Shown: positions 1-7,910 of the stretch, piece after piece
How positions within the stretch are numbered: the first letter of the stretch is position 1
How the letters are laid out: each line of letters opens with the position of its first letter
Source: Thiohalobacter sp.
GTDB taxonomy: Bacteria > Pseudomonadota > Gammaproteobacteria > DSM-19610
Length of the DNA stretch: 64,000 bases
Assembly (NCBI GenBank): GCA_026984515.1
Contig: JALSRZ010000062.1
Location: forward strand, 3,643 to 67,642
Direction of reading: 5' to 3'
The notes under the pieces: generated by a model
Told to the model about the DNA's origin: nothing
The model's input: only the letters and a program-made list of their open reading frames with translations
The model's database searches: none
Made by a program: the position numbers and the translations under genes

Positions 1-543
1 TGGCAGGCTGTTGAGATTATCAAACAGGTTGTCGGCAAAGGTTTGCGCCATGATGTCGCTGCGGTCGTAGGCGGTAAACCAGAACTTGCCGATATTGGTG
101 GGCCAGAACCAGTTGCCGAACCAGCGGCGGATATAGTCTTTTCGCATCAGTTCCCGGACGGTGTCCCGGTCCCAGACTCTGCCGTATGCACCCGGCCCGT
201 CATCCGCGGAGATCACGTAGTAGGCAGCGGGCAGCGAACCGCCCGATACCGAGGAAATGGCGTCGACCTCGTGCAGGAGATTGATGCCGTCCTGTGCATA
301 GACTTCTTCCAGCCGCAGCATGACACTGGCGGACAGGTAGGCGGCGCGGCTGCCGCCGCCCGAAAGCGCGAGGATCATCAGCGTATCCGGATCGCTGCCC
401 GGTCGGTCGGCGGTGATGGCGAAGGTGGCGCGGCTTTTTTCGCTGTTGCCGTCAGCCTGCTGGATATTGGTGTGGGAAAACGAAGTACAGGCGGATACGA
501 GTACGGCAGGCACAACGGCGGATAGCACGGTCCTGATGGTCAT
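1..543 (-). CDS. Patatin-like phospholipase lipoprotein (3' end runs off the window; absent from the ORF track)
   Basis: Hand translation from ATG at 543: MTIRTVLSAVVPAVLVSAC (lipobox VSAC)...LALSGGGSRAAY (oxyanion loop)...ISSVSGGS (nucleophile elbow); GGAGG RBS upstream. Confidence 0.85.
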   Translation of the reverse strand, partial: MTIRTVLSAVVPAVLVSACTSFSHTNIQQADGNSEKSRATFAITADRPGSDPDTLMILALSGGGSRAAYLSASVMLRLEEVYAQDGINLLHEVDAISSVSGGSLPAAYYVISADDGPGAYGRVWDRDTVRELMRKDYIRRWFGNWFWPTNIGKFWFTAYDRSDIMAQTFADNLFDNLNSLP

Positions 544-606
544 CTGGCACCTCCCTGTCCGGATTGAGGAGCCGATCATAGCAGTGTGGCCCTGGTGTGG
601 GAACGC

Positions 607-1863
607 TTACTGTGGGCTGATTCTGAACAGTGGAGCAACGACAAATTCAAGCCGGGCGCAGGCTTCCTTCAGGGCGCGGACCACCTCGTCCGCGGAGTCG
701 CCGCGCGCAAAGATATAGCCCGGGTACTGGTTGCCTTCCGGCAAGGGCACCAGTTCATGCCCCTCACGCAGGTGGATGTCCACTTTTTCGATGCCCGGCA
801 CCTGGCGCGCCGCATGAATACCTTCCACGCGCCGGAGGATGCCGCCCTTGCGTATGGGGATCATCATTACGCCGCGTGCCTGCGAGGGCGGGCTGGTCTG
901 CACCGGTTTTCCGGTAGCCAGCGCAATCACCAGTTCTTCCAGCATGAAGTCGGAGCCGTCGTCCAGGGTGCGTGCACAGTTGCCGCCGATGGTGCGGGCG
1001 GCGACTTCCAGGATCCAGGCATCCCGTGCGTCGACACGCAGTTCCGCGTGTACCGGTCCGGTGCGCAGACCGTAGGCCGCGCAGGCCTGGGCGACGCGTT
1101 GCTGTATGCGGGCCCGGGCCGGTTCTTCCAGCCGGGAGGGGGTGACATAGATGGTTTCTTCAAAGTAGGGGCCCTGCAAGGGGTCGGGTTTGTCGAACAG
1201 CGCCAGCGTGGTGAGTTCGCCGTTGTGCAGGTAGCCTTCATAGGCGACTTCGATCCCGTCGATGTAGTCCTCGACCAGCACATGGGAGGCCTCGAAATCA
1301 TCCGTTGCTTCGGCAATGATGGGCTGGATGCGCCGGCAGGCGGCCACAAAGCCGGCTGCGTCGTCGGCACGGATGACGCCGCGGCTGGCGGACAGGTTGA
1401 GCGGCTTGATGACGCAGGGCCAGGGCAGACCGGCCATCTGGGGCTGTAACGGCCGGCGCAGATCGATCAGGCAGTGCAGGGGAACCGGGCAGCCGGCCAG
1501 TGCCAGGTGCGCCCGCGCCAGGTCCTTGCGCCGCGACAGGCGGGCGGCGCTGGGTGGATTATGCGGCAGACCCAGTGCCTGTGCAGCGTGCGCCGCCAGT
1601 TCAACCGTACTGTCGTCGCTGCCAAGGATACCGGCAAAGGGGGTGTGACGGGCGGCGGCGAGAATAGCGGCCAGCGCGGCTTCGGTGTTGTCCAGGTCGA
1701 CGTGCAGCCCGTCGTGGACCTCGGATACCAGGGAGAACGCGCCCTTTGATGCGATGACGGTCTCCAGCCCCATGCGCCGGGCCGCCTGGAGAAAGGGTGC
1801 GATGCGGTAACTGCTGGCCTGCGCAATGAGCAGCAGGCGGGGTGCAGGAGCTGTCAGGCGCAA
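607..1863 (-). CDS. ATP-grasp domain protein (L-amino-acid-ligase-like), substrate unknown
   Basis: VIKPLNLSASRGVIRAD, VEDYIDGIE and HAELRV..LEVAAR ATP-grasp motifs; TTG start overlaps the stop of the upstream gene. Confidence 0.8.
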   Translation of the reverse strand: MRLTAPAPRLLLIAQASSYRIAPFLQAARRMGLETVIASKGAFSLVSEVHDGLHVDLDNTEAALAAILAAARHTPFAGILGSDDSTVELAAHAAQALGLPHNPPSAARLSRRKDLARAHLALAGCPVPLHCLIDLRRPLQPQMAGLPWPCVIKPLNLSASRGVIRADDAAGFVAACRRIQPIIAEATDDFEASHVLVEDYIDGIEVAYEGYLHNGELTTLALFDKPDPLQGPYFEETIYVTPSRLEEPARARIQQRVAQACAAYGLRTGPVHAELRVDARDAWILEVAARTIGGNCARTLDDGSDFMLEELVIALATGKPVQTSPPSQARGVMMIPIRKGGILRRVEGIHAARQVPGIEKVDIHLREGHELVPLPEGNQYPGYIFARGDSADEVVRALKEACARLEFVVAPLFRISPQ

Positions 1864-2240
1864 CCGCCGCCGGCAGCACCGCAGGCGCCGCAGGTACCGC
1901 TGCCACCGGTGTTGGCAAACACGTTCTTGAAGACAAAGCTCTTGTTGACGCCCTGCGTCCGGTAGTCGATTTCGACGCCTTCCAGAAACGTCAGTGCGAC
2001 CGCATCGACGTAGATATTCAGGCCGTCCTTTTCCAGCACGCAGTCATACTTGCCCGGCTGTTCGACCAGCGTCATGCCGTAGCTCATGCCGCCGCAGCCG
2101 CCGCCCGACACGAAAATACGCACACCGTTCACATCGTCTTCGTTACTGGTAATGGCAATCAGCTGTTCAACCGCTTCCGGCGATACCTTGATTTCATCGT
2201 TCAGGCGGGAGTTGAATTGCGTTTCGGACATGACAATCAC
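1854..2240 (-). CDS. HesB/IscA/ErpA-family A-type Fe-S carrier with variant C-terminus
   Basis: VRIFVSGGGCGGMSYGM and IYVDAVALTFLEGVEIDY; C-terminus TCGACGAAGGGCA replaces CGCGxSF. Confidence 0.85.
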   Translation of the reverse strand: MIVMSETQFNSRLNDEIKVSPEAVEQLIAITSNEDDVNGVRIFVSGGGCGGMSYGMTLVEQPGKYDCVLEKDGLNIYVDAVALTFLEGVEIDYRTQGVNKSFVFKNVFANTGGSGTCGACGAAGGGCA

Positions 2241-2357
2241 CGTACTGTCTGGCTGGTTATAAGAAGCAATATTCTAGCATGAAGCTGCCTGGCAGGCCCA
2301 GCGCAGCCGCTTGCGCATGCTGGGATTTCCGGGAGCGGGGATCAACCACAGCCGGAA

Positions 2358-3218
2358 TCAGGATAATCGACGGATCAGTTCCCGCGCTGCATTCGACAGG
2401 GTCCGTTCGCGGTGCTGGACGACGCCCAGCGAACGTTGCAGGCAAAGCTCCCGGACCGGCAGCCTGCGGGTACGCCTGTCCAGCATGGTGTCGGGCAGCA
2501 GGCTCCAGCCAATACCGACGGAAGTCAGCATACGGATGGTCTCGAGGTAGTTGGTGGACAGGGCGACGTCCAGTTCCAGCCCCGGCGTTGCGAACGCCTG
2601 TTCGGCAATCTGCCGGGTATAGGTGTTGGCGGCCGGCAGGATGGCCGGGTGCCGGGCCAGTTCGCTCAGTTCCACACGCGCACGCCCGGCCAGCGGGTGG
2701 TGGCTGGCGACAACGATACTCAGGGGATCTTCCCACACGGTCTGTGTCGTCAGGCGCGGGGACGGTACCGGGGGCAGGGTAACGATGCCCAGCTCCAGTT
2801 CGCCGTGTTCCACGGCGGCGCAGGCTTCTTCCGAGTCCATGAAGCGGATATCCAGGCGTACCCCGGGGAACGCCCGGGTAAAAGCCTGCAATGCGGGTGG
2901 CAGCCGGTGCAGGCCGATGTGGTGGCTGGTCGCGAAACGCAGCGTGCCGTGCACCTCGCCGCTCAGGTTGGAAAGGGCGCGCACGCTGTCTTCCAGTTCG
3001 ATCAGGATATGCCGGGCGCGCGGCAGCAGGGCGCGCCCGGCCTCCGTGAGTGTGACGGTGCGGCCGATGCGGTCGAACAGCCGGGTTTCCAGTTCAGTTT
3101 CCAGCGCTGCGATGCGTTTGCTGACTGCCGGCTGGGTCAGGTACAGCTGTTCGGCGGCGCCGGAAAAGGAACCCGCTGCGGCAACCGCCGTGAAAGCTTT
3201 CAGGCTGGCGATGTCCAT
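2358..3218 (-). CDS. LysR-family transcriptional regulator divergent from leuC
   Basis: N-terminal HTH GSFSGAAEQLYLTQPAVSKRIAALE plus substrate-binding domain. Confidence 0.95.
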   Translation of the reverse strand: MDIASLKAFTAVAAAGSFSGAAEQLYLTQPAVSKRIAALETELETRLFDRIGRTVTLTEAGRALLPRARHILIELEDSVRALSNLSGEVHGTLRFATSHHIGLHRLPPALQAFTRAFPGVRLDIRFMDSEEACAAVEHGELELGIVTLPPVPSPRLTTQTVWEDPLSIVVASHHPLAGRARVELSELARHPAILPAANTYTRQIAEQAFATPGLELDVALSTNYLETIRMLTSVGIGWSLLPDTMLDRRTRRLPVRELCLQRSLGVVQHRERTLSNAARELIRRLS

Positions 3219-3308
3219 ATATTCTAAATAGTAATATAAAATATGAAAAATATGAATTTGTGTTATTAGAGTGTGCGTCGTAGGCTGACCTGGAAGCTGG
3301 AGAGAGTG
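3219..3308. promoter_or_regulatory. AT-rich divergent promoter region LysR/leuC, probable LysR binding site
   Basis: Strongly AT-rich 90-bp gap between divergent starts, typical of LysR autoregulatory regions. Confidence 0.5.
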
Positions 3309-4733
3309 ATGGGCGCGAAAACACTGTATGACAAGTTATGGGAGGCACACCGGGTGCGGGAGGATGCCGACGGCACCGCACTGATCTATATCGATCGCCA
3401 CCTGGTCCACGAGGTGACTTCACCGCAGGCCTTCGAGGGGTTGCGGCTGGCCGGGCGTACGCTCTGGCGTCGGGATTCCGTGCTGGCGGTGCCGGACCAC
3501 AATGTGCCGACCACGCAGCGCAGGGACGGTGTCGCCGGGATTGCCGACCCGGTCGCGCGTATCCAGGTCGAGACCCTGGACCGCAACTGTACGGATTTCG
3601 CCATTACCGAGTTTCACATGGACGACGCCCGCCAGGGCATCGTGCACGTCATCGGTCCGGAGCAGGGCGCGACCCTGCCGGGCATGACGGTGGTCTGTGG
3701 CGATTCCCATACCTCGACCCACGGCGCATTCGGCGCCCTGGCCTTCGGTATCGGGACCTCCGAGGTCGAGCACGTGCTGGCCACCCAGTGCCTGATCCAG
3801 AAAAAGTCGAAGAACATGCAGGTGCGCGTCGAGGGTGACATCGGCACCGGTGTCACTGCCAAGGACCTGGTGCTGGCCATTATCGGCGCCATCGGCACCG
3901 CGGGTGGTACCGGTTATGCCATCGAGTTTGCCGGCAGTGCCATCGAGGCCCTGTCGCTGGAAGGCCGCATGACGGTGTGCAACATGGCGATCGAGGCCGG
4001 TGCGCGCGCCGGGATGATCGCGGTGGACCAGAAGACCATCGACTATATAAAAGGTCGACCGTTTGCGCCCGGCGGTGAGCAGTGGGATGCCGCTGTGGAG
4101 TACTGGCGTACGCTGGTCAGTGATGAAGGCGCCGAATTCGACCGTATCGTGACCCTGGATGCAGGGCTGATCCGGCCGCAGGTCACCTGGGGGACATCCC
4201 CGGAAATGGTGGTGGCGATTACCGGCGTCGTGCCGGATCCCGAAGCCGAGACCGATAGCGTAAAACAGTCCGGTATGCGCAAGGCCCTCGACTATATGCA
4301 GCTCATGCCCGGAACACCGATCACGGATATTCAGCTGGACCGTGTCTTTATCGGCTCCTGCACCAACTCGCGTATCGAAGACCTGCGCGCTGCCGCCAGT
4401 GTCGCCAGCGGGCGCAAGGTCGCGGCCAACATCAAGCAGGCCATGGTGGTACCGGGTTCCGGCCTGGTAAAACGACAGGCTGAAGCAGAGGGACTGGACC
4501 GGATTTTTATCGAGGCCGGCTTCGAGTGGCGTGAACCGGGCTGTTCCATGTGCCTGGCCATGAACGCCGACCGGCTGCAGCCGGGCGAACGCTGCGCTTC
4601 GACCTCGAACCGGAATTTCGAGGGCCGGCAGGGTGGCGGCGGACGCACCCACCTGGTGGGGCCGGCCATGGCGGCGGCCGCGGCCGTGGCCGGACACTTT
4701 ATCGATATCCGTGAGCTGGACGAGCCGGTTTGA
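3309..4733 (+). CDS. leuC: 3-isopropylmalate dehydratase large subunit
   Basis: [25 protein letters not shown] and CSMCLAMN motifs; start placed at ATG 3309. Confidence 0.98.
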   Translation: MGAKTLYDKLWEAHRVREDADGTALIYIDRHLVHEVTSPQAFEGLRLAGRTLWRRDSVLAVPDHNVPTTQRRDGVAGIADPVARIQVETLDRNCTDFAITEFHMDDARQGIVHVIGPEQGATLPGMTVVCGDSHTSTHGAFGALAFGIGTSEVEHVLATQCLIQKKSKNMQVRVEGDIGTGVTAKDLVLAIIGAIGTAGGTGYAIEFAGSAIEALSLEGRMTVCNMAIEAGARAGMIAVDQKTIDYIKGRPFAPGGEQWDAAVEYWRTLVSDEGAEFDRIVTLDAGLIRPQVTWGTSPEMVVAITGVVPDPEAETDSVKQSGMRKALDYMQLMPGTPITDIQLDRVFIGSCTNSRIEDLRAAASVASGRKVAANIKQAMVVPGSGLVKRQAEAEGLDRIFIEAGFEWREPGCSMCLAMNADRLQPGERCASTSNRNFEGRQGGGGRTHLVGPAMAAAAAVAGHFIDIRELDEPV

Positions 4734-4759
4734 AACCCTGAGCGAGCAGGACCGTAACG

Positions 4760-5404
4760 ATGGAAAAATTCTCAGTACTGAACGGCCTGGTGGCACCGCT
4801 GGACCGGCCTAACGTGGATACCGACGCCATTATCCCCAAGCAGTACCTCAAGTCGGTCAAGCGCACCGGTTTCGGGCCCAACCTGTTCGACGACTGGCGC
4901 TACCTCGATCCCGGGGAACCGGGGCAGGATCACAGTCAACGCCGGCTGAACCCGGACTTCGTGCTCAACCAGCCGCGTTATGCCGGTGCGCAGATCCTGC
5001 TGGGTCGGGAAAACTTCGGCTGCGGGTCATCGCGTGAACACGCTGTGTGGGCGCTGGAAGACGCGGGTTTCCGGGTGGTGATTGCCCCGGGTTTTGCGGA
5101 CATCTTTTTCAATAACTGCTTCAAGAACGGCGTGCTGCCGATTGTGCTGGACGCGGAAATCATGGACCGGCTGTTTGCCGAAGTCGAGGCGTGCGAAGGC
5201 TACCGCCTGAAAGTCGATCTCGAGGCGCAGAGCCTTACTACACCCGCAGGCGAGGTGATCGGTTTCGAGGTGGATGAGTTCCGCAAGTATTGTCTGCTCA
5301 ACGGCCTGGACGACATTGGCCTGACCTTGCAGCACGTCGATGAAATTCGCGCCTACGAGGAACGCCGGCGGCAGCAGGCCCCGTGGTTGTTCGGGGCAGA
5401 GTGA
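4760..5404 (+). CDS. leuD: 3-isopropylmalate dehydratase small subunit
   Basis: [13 protein letters not shown] and [11 protein letters not shown]. Confidence 0.98.
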   Translation: MEKFSVLNGLVAPLDRPNVDTDAIIPKQYLKSVKRTGFGPNLFDDWRYLDPGEPGQDHSQRRLNPDFVLNQPRYAGAQILLGRENFGCGSSREHAVWALEDAGFRVVIAPGFADIFFNNCFKNGVLPIVLDAEIMDRLFAEVEACEGYRLKVDLEAQSLTTPAGEVIGFEVDEFRKYCLLNGLDDIGLTLQHVDEIRAYEERRRQQAPWLFGAE

Positions 5405-5563
5405 ACGTTAACAGGCCCCGGGCAGATCACGTCTTCCCCGTTCACTTTTGTAACGCGCACACAGCCATGTGCGGCTTGCTCCATATCATTCAAAACGTAC
5501 CTGCTGCCTGCTTTTATCTGCACGGGTTACCGGTTAACAGGACAGCAGTGAGGATAGACGGTT

Positions 5564-6634
5564 ATGAAAAAAATTCTGGTTCTCCCCGGTGACGGCATCG
5601 GCCCGGAGATTGTTGCGGAAGCGGTAAAGGTACTGGAACGGCTGCGGGCCGATGGGCTGGAGGTGGAACTGGAACACGGCCTGGTCGGTGGTTCCGCCTA
5701 CGATGCCAAAGGGCACCCGTTGCCGGAACAGACGCTGGTCCAGGCGCGTGCAGCGGATGCCATCCTGCTGGGAGCGGTCGGTGGTCCGCAGTACGAGGCG
5801 CTGGAACGCCCCCTGCGTCCGGAGCAGGGGCTGCTGGGACTGCGTTCCGGGCTGGAACTGTTTTCCAACCTGCGACCGGCGATCCTGTACCCGCAGCTGG
5901 CGGATGCTTCCACACTGAAACCCGAAGTGGTGTCCGGGCTGGATATCATGATCGTGCGCGAGCTGACCGGCGGCATCTATTTCGGCGAGCCGCGCGGTGT
6001 ACGCACCCTGGACAATGGCGAGCAGGAAGGGTTCAACACGCTGGTCTACCGTGAATCGGAGATTGAACGCATCGGCCGTTCCGCGTTCGAAATCGCGCAG
6101 AAGCGCGGCCGGCGCCTGTGCTCGGTGGACAAGGCCAACGTGCTGGAAGTGACCGAACTGTGGCGCCAGGTCATGCTGCGTATTGCGCAGGACTATGCGG
6201 ATGTCGAACTGACCCACATGTACGTGGACAACGCCGCCATGCAACTGGTGCGCGCACCCAAACAGTTCGACGTGGTGGTGACTGCCAATATGTTCGGCGA
6301 TATTCTCTCGGACGCAGCGGCCATGCTGACAGGCTCGATCGGTATGCTGCCTTCGGCCTCGCTGGATGCGGATGGCAAGGGTATGTACGAGCCTATTCAC
6401 GGCTCGGCACCGGACATCGCAGGGCAGGGCGTGGCGAACCCGCTGGCGACCATCCTGTCCGTGGCCATGATGCTGCGTTACAGTTTTGGCTGGTCCGAAG
6501 CAGCCGATCGTATCGAGGCAGCGGTAGGCCGGGTGCTGGACCAGGGGCTGCGCACGCCGGATATCGCCGCCGAGGGTCAGGCAAGCGTGGGTACCGCGCA
6601 GATGGGTGATGCCGTTGTCGCGGCACTGGGTTGA
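5564..6634 (+). CDS. leuB: 3-isopropylmalate dehydrogenase
   Basis: [18 protein letters not shown] and [12 protein letters not shown]. Confidence 0.98.
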   Translation: MKKILVLPGDGIGPEIVAEAVKVLERLRADGLEVELEHGLVGGSAYDAKGHPLPEQTLVQARAADAILLGAVGGPQYEALERPLRPEQGLLGLRSGLELFSNLRPAILYPQLADASTLKPEVVSGLDIMIVRELTGGIYFGEPRGVRTLDNGEQEGFNTLVYRESEIERIGRSAFEIAQKRGRRLCSVDKANVLEVTELWRQVMLRIAQDYADVELTHMYVDNAAMQLVRAPKQFDVVVTANMFGDILSDAAAMLTGSIGMLPSASLDADGKGMYEPIHGSAPDIAGQGVANPLATILSVAMMLRYSFGWSEAADRIEAAVGRVLDQGLRTPDIAAEGQASVGTAQMGDAVVAALG

Positions 6635-6658
6635 ATCGATACAGTACACTAGTGAATG

Positions 6659-6747
6659 CCCCGTCATGGCGAACGCAGTGAAGCAATCGTTGCCCGTTTG
6701 CGGCGCTGTTGCGGGAGTCCGGCTGCGCCATGTTCATAGTGACGGGC
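6659..6747. repeat. Degenerate palindromic intergenic element (CCCGTCAT...GAAGCAATC...TGACGGG)
   Basis: Terminal inverted repeat CCCGTCA/TGACGGG; shares GTCAT..GAACGCAGTGA with 54449-54482. Confidence 0.5.
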
Positions 6748-6778
6748 TTGGCAGGTTTTCAGGAGTCAGGAGCAGGTT

Positions 6779-7801
6779 ATGAGTCGTACATTTGATGTGG
6801 CGGTCGTCGGAGCCACCGGCGCGGTCGGTGAAGTCATGCTGGAGATACTCGCCGAACGCAAGTTCCCGGTGGGTGAAGTCCATGCGCTGGCCAGTGAACG
6901 CTCCGCCGGCAAGCGGGTACCGTTCGGTGACCGCAGTCTTACCATACAGAATCTGGCCGATTTTGATTTTTCCCGCGTGCAGATCGGTCTTTTTTCCGCC
7001 GGTGCATCGATATCCAAAGCGTATGCGCCGAAGGCTGCGGCCGCCGGCTGTGTGGTGATCGATAATACCTCGCAGTTTCGTTATGACGACGAAATTCCGC
7101 TGGTGGTGCCGGAGGTCAACCCGGACCGGGTCGCCCGGTATAAGGATCACGGCATCATTGCCAACCCCAATTGCTCCACCATCCAGATGCTGGTGGCGCT
7201 GAAGCCGATCTACGACGCCGTGGGTATCGAGCGCATCAATGTCTGCACCTACCAGGCGGTATCCGGTACCGGCAAGGAGGCCATCGAGGAACTGGCGGGG
7301 CAGACAGCCAGGCTGCTGAATTCAAAAGACATAGAGGCCAGTGTATACCCGAAGCAGATCGCGTTTAACGTGTTGCCGCATATCGACGTGTTCCAGGACA
7401 ACGGTTATACCAAGGAAGAAATGAAAATGGTGTGGGAAACGCGCAAGATCATGGGCGACGAAACGATCCAGGTGAACCCCACCGCGGTGCGCGTACCGGT
7501 GTTTTTCGGGCACTCCGAGGCGCTGCATATAGAAACCCGCGACAAAATGAGCGCGCCGCAGTGTCGTGAGCTGCTGGCAGCCGCACCGGGCATTGAAGTG
7601 CTGGATGAACCGCGCGACGGGGGCTACCCGACGGCGGTTACCGAGGGCGCCGGCAGCGATCCGGTGTACGTAGGTCGCATTCGTGAAGATATCTCGCATC
7701 CCAGAGGTTTAGATTTATGGGTGGTCGCCGATAATGTGCGCAAAGGGGCAGCCCTGAACAGCATTCAGATTGCTGAATTGCTGATAAAAAACCACCTCTG
7801 A
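6779..7801 (+). CDS. asd: Aspartate-semialdehyde dehydrogenase
   Basis: VVGATGAVG, IIANPNCSTIQM and DNVRKGAALN. Confidence 0.97.
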   Translation: MSRTFDVAVVGATGAVGEVMLEILAERKFPVGEVHALASERSAGKRVPFGDRSLTIQNLADFDFSRVQIGLFSAGASISKAYAPKAAAAGCVVIDNTSQFRYDDEIPLVVPEVNPDRVARYKDHGIIANPNCSTIQMLVALKPIYDAVGIERINVCTYQAVSGTGKEAIEELAGQTARLLNSKDIEASVYPKQIAFNVLPHIDVFQDNGYTKEEMKMVWETRKIMGDETIQVNPTAVRVPVFFGHSEALHIETRDKMSAPQCRELLAAAPGIEVLDEPRDGGYPTAVTEGAGSDPVYVGRIREDISHPRGLDLWVVADNVRKGAALNSIQIAELLIKNHL

Positions 7802-7910
7802 TATATGCTGGGAGGTGCTGGTTGAGGGTTGCCGGTGGCGTGCGCAGGACCGTTCCATGGACCGGTCGGATTCGCCGTTTTGTTGCGGACAAGGATAAAA
7901 GGGGACTTTT

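Noticed and set aside
1-20. AGGCTGTTGA resembling the 21431 MITE end
   Set aside because: Lies within the patatin reading frame (NLNSLP); the match is short and there is no partner end
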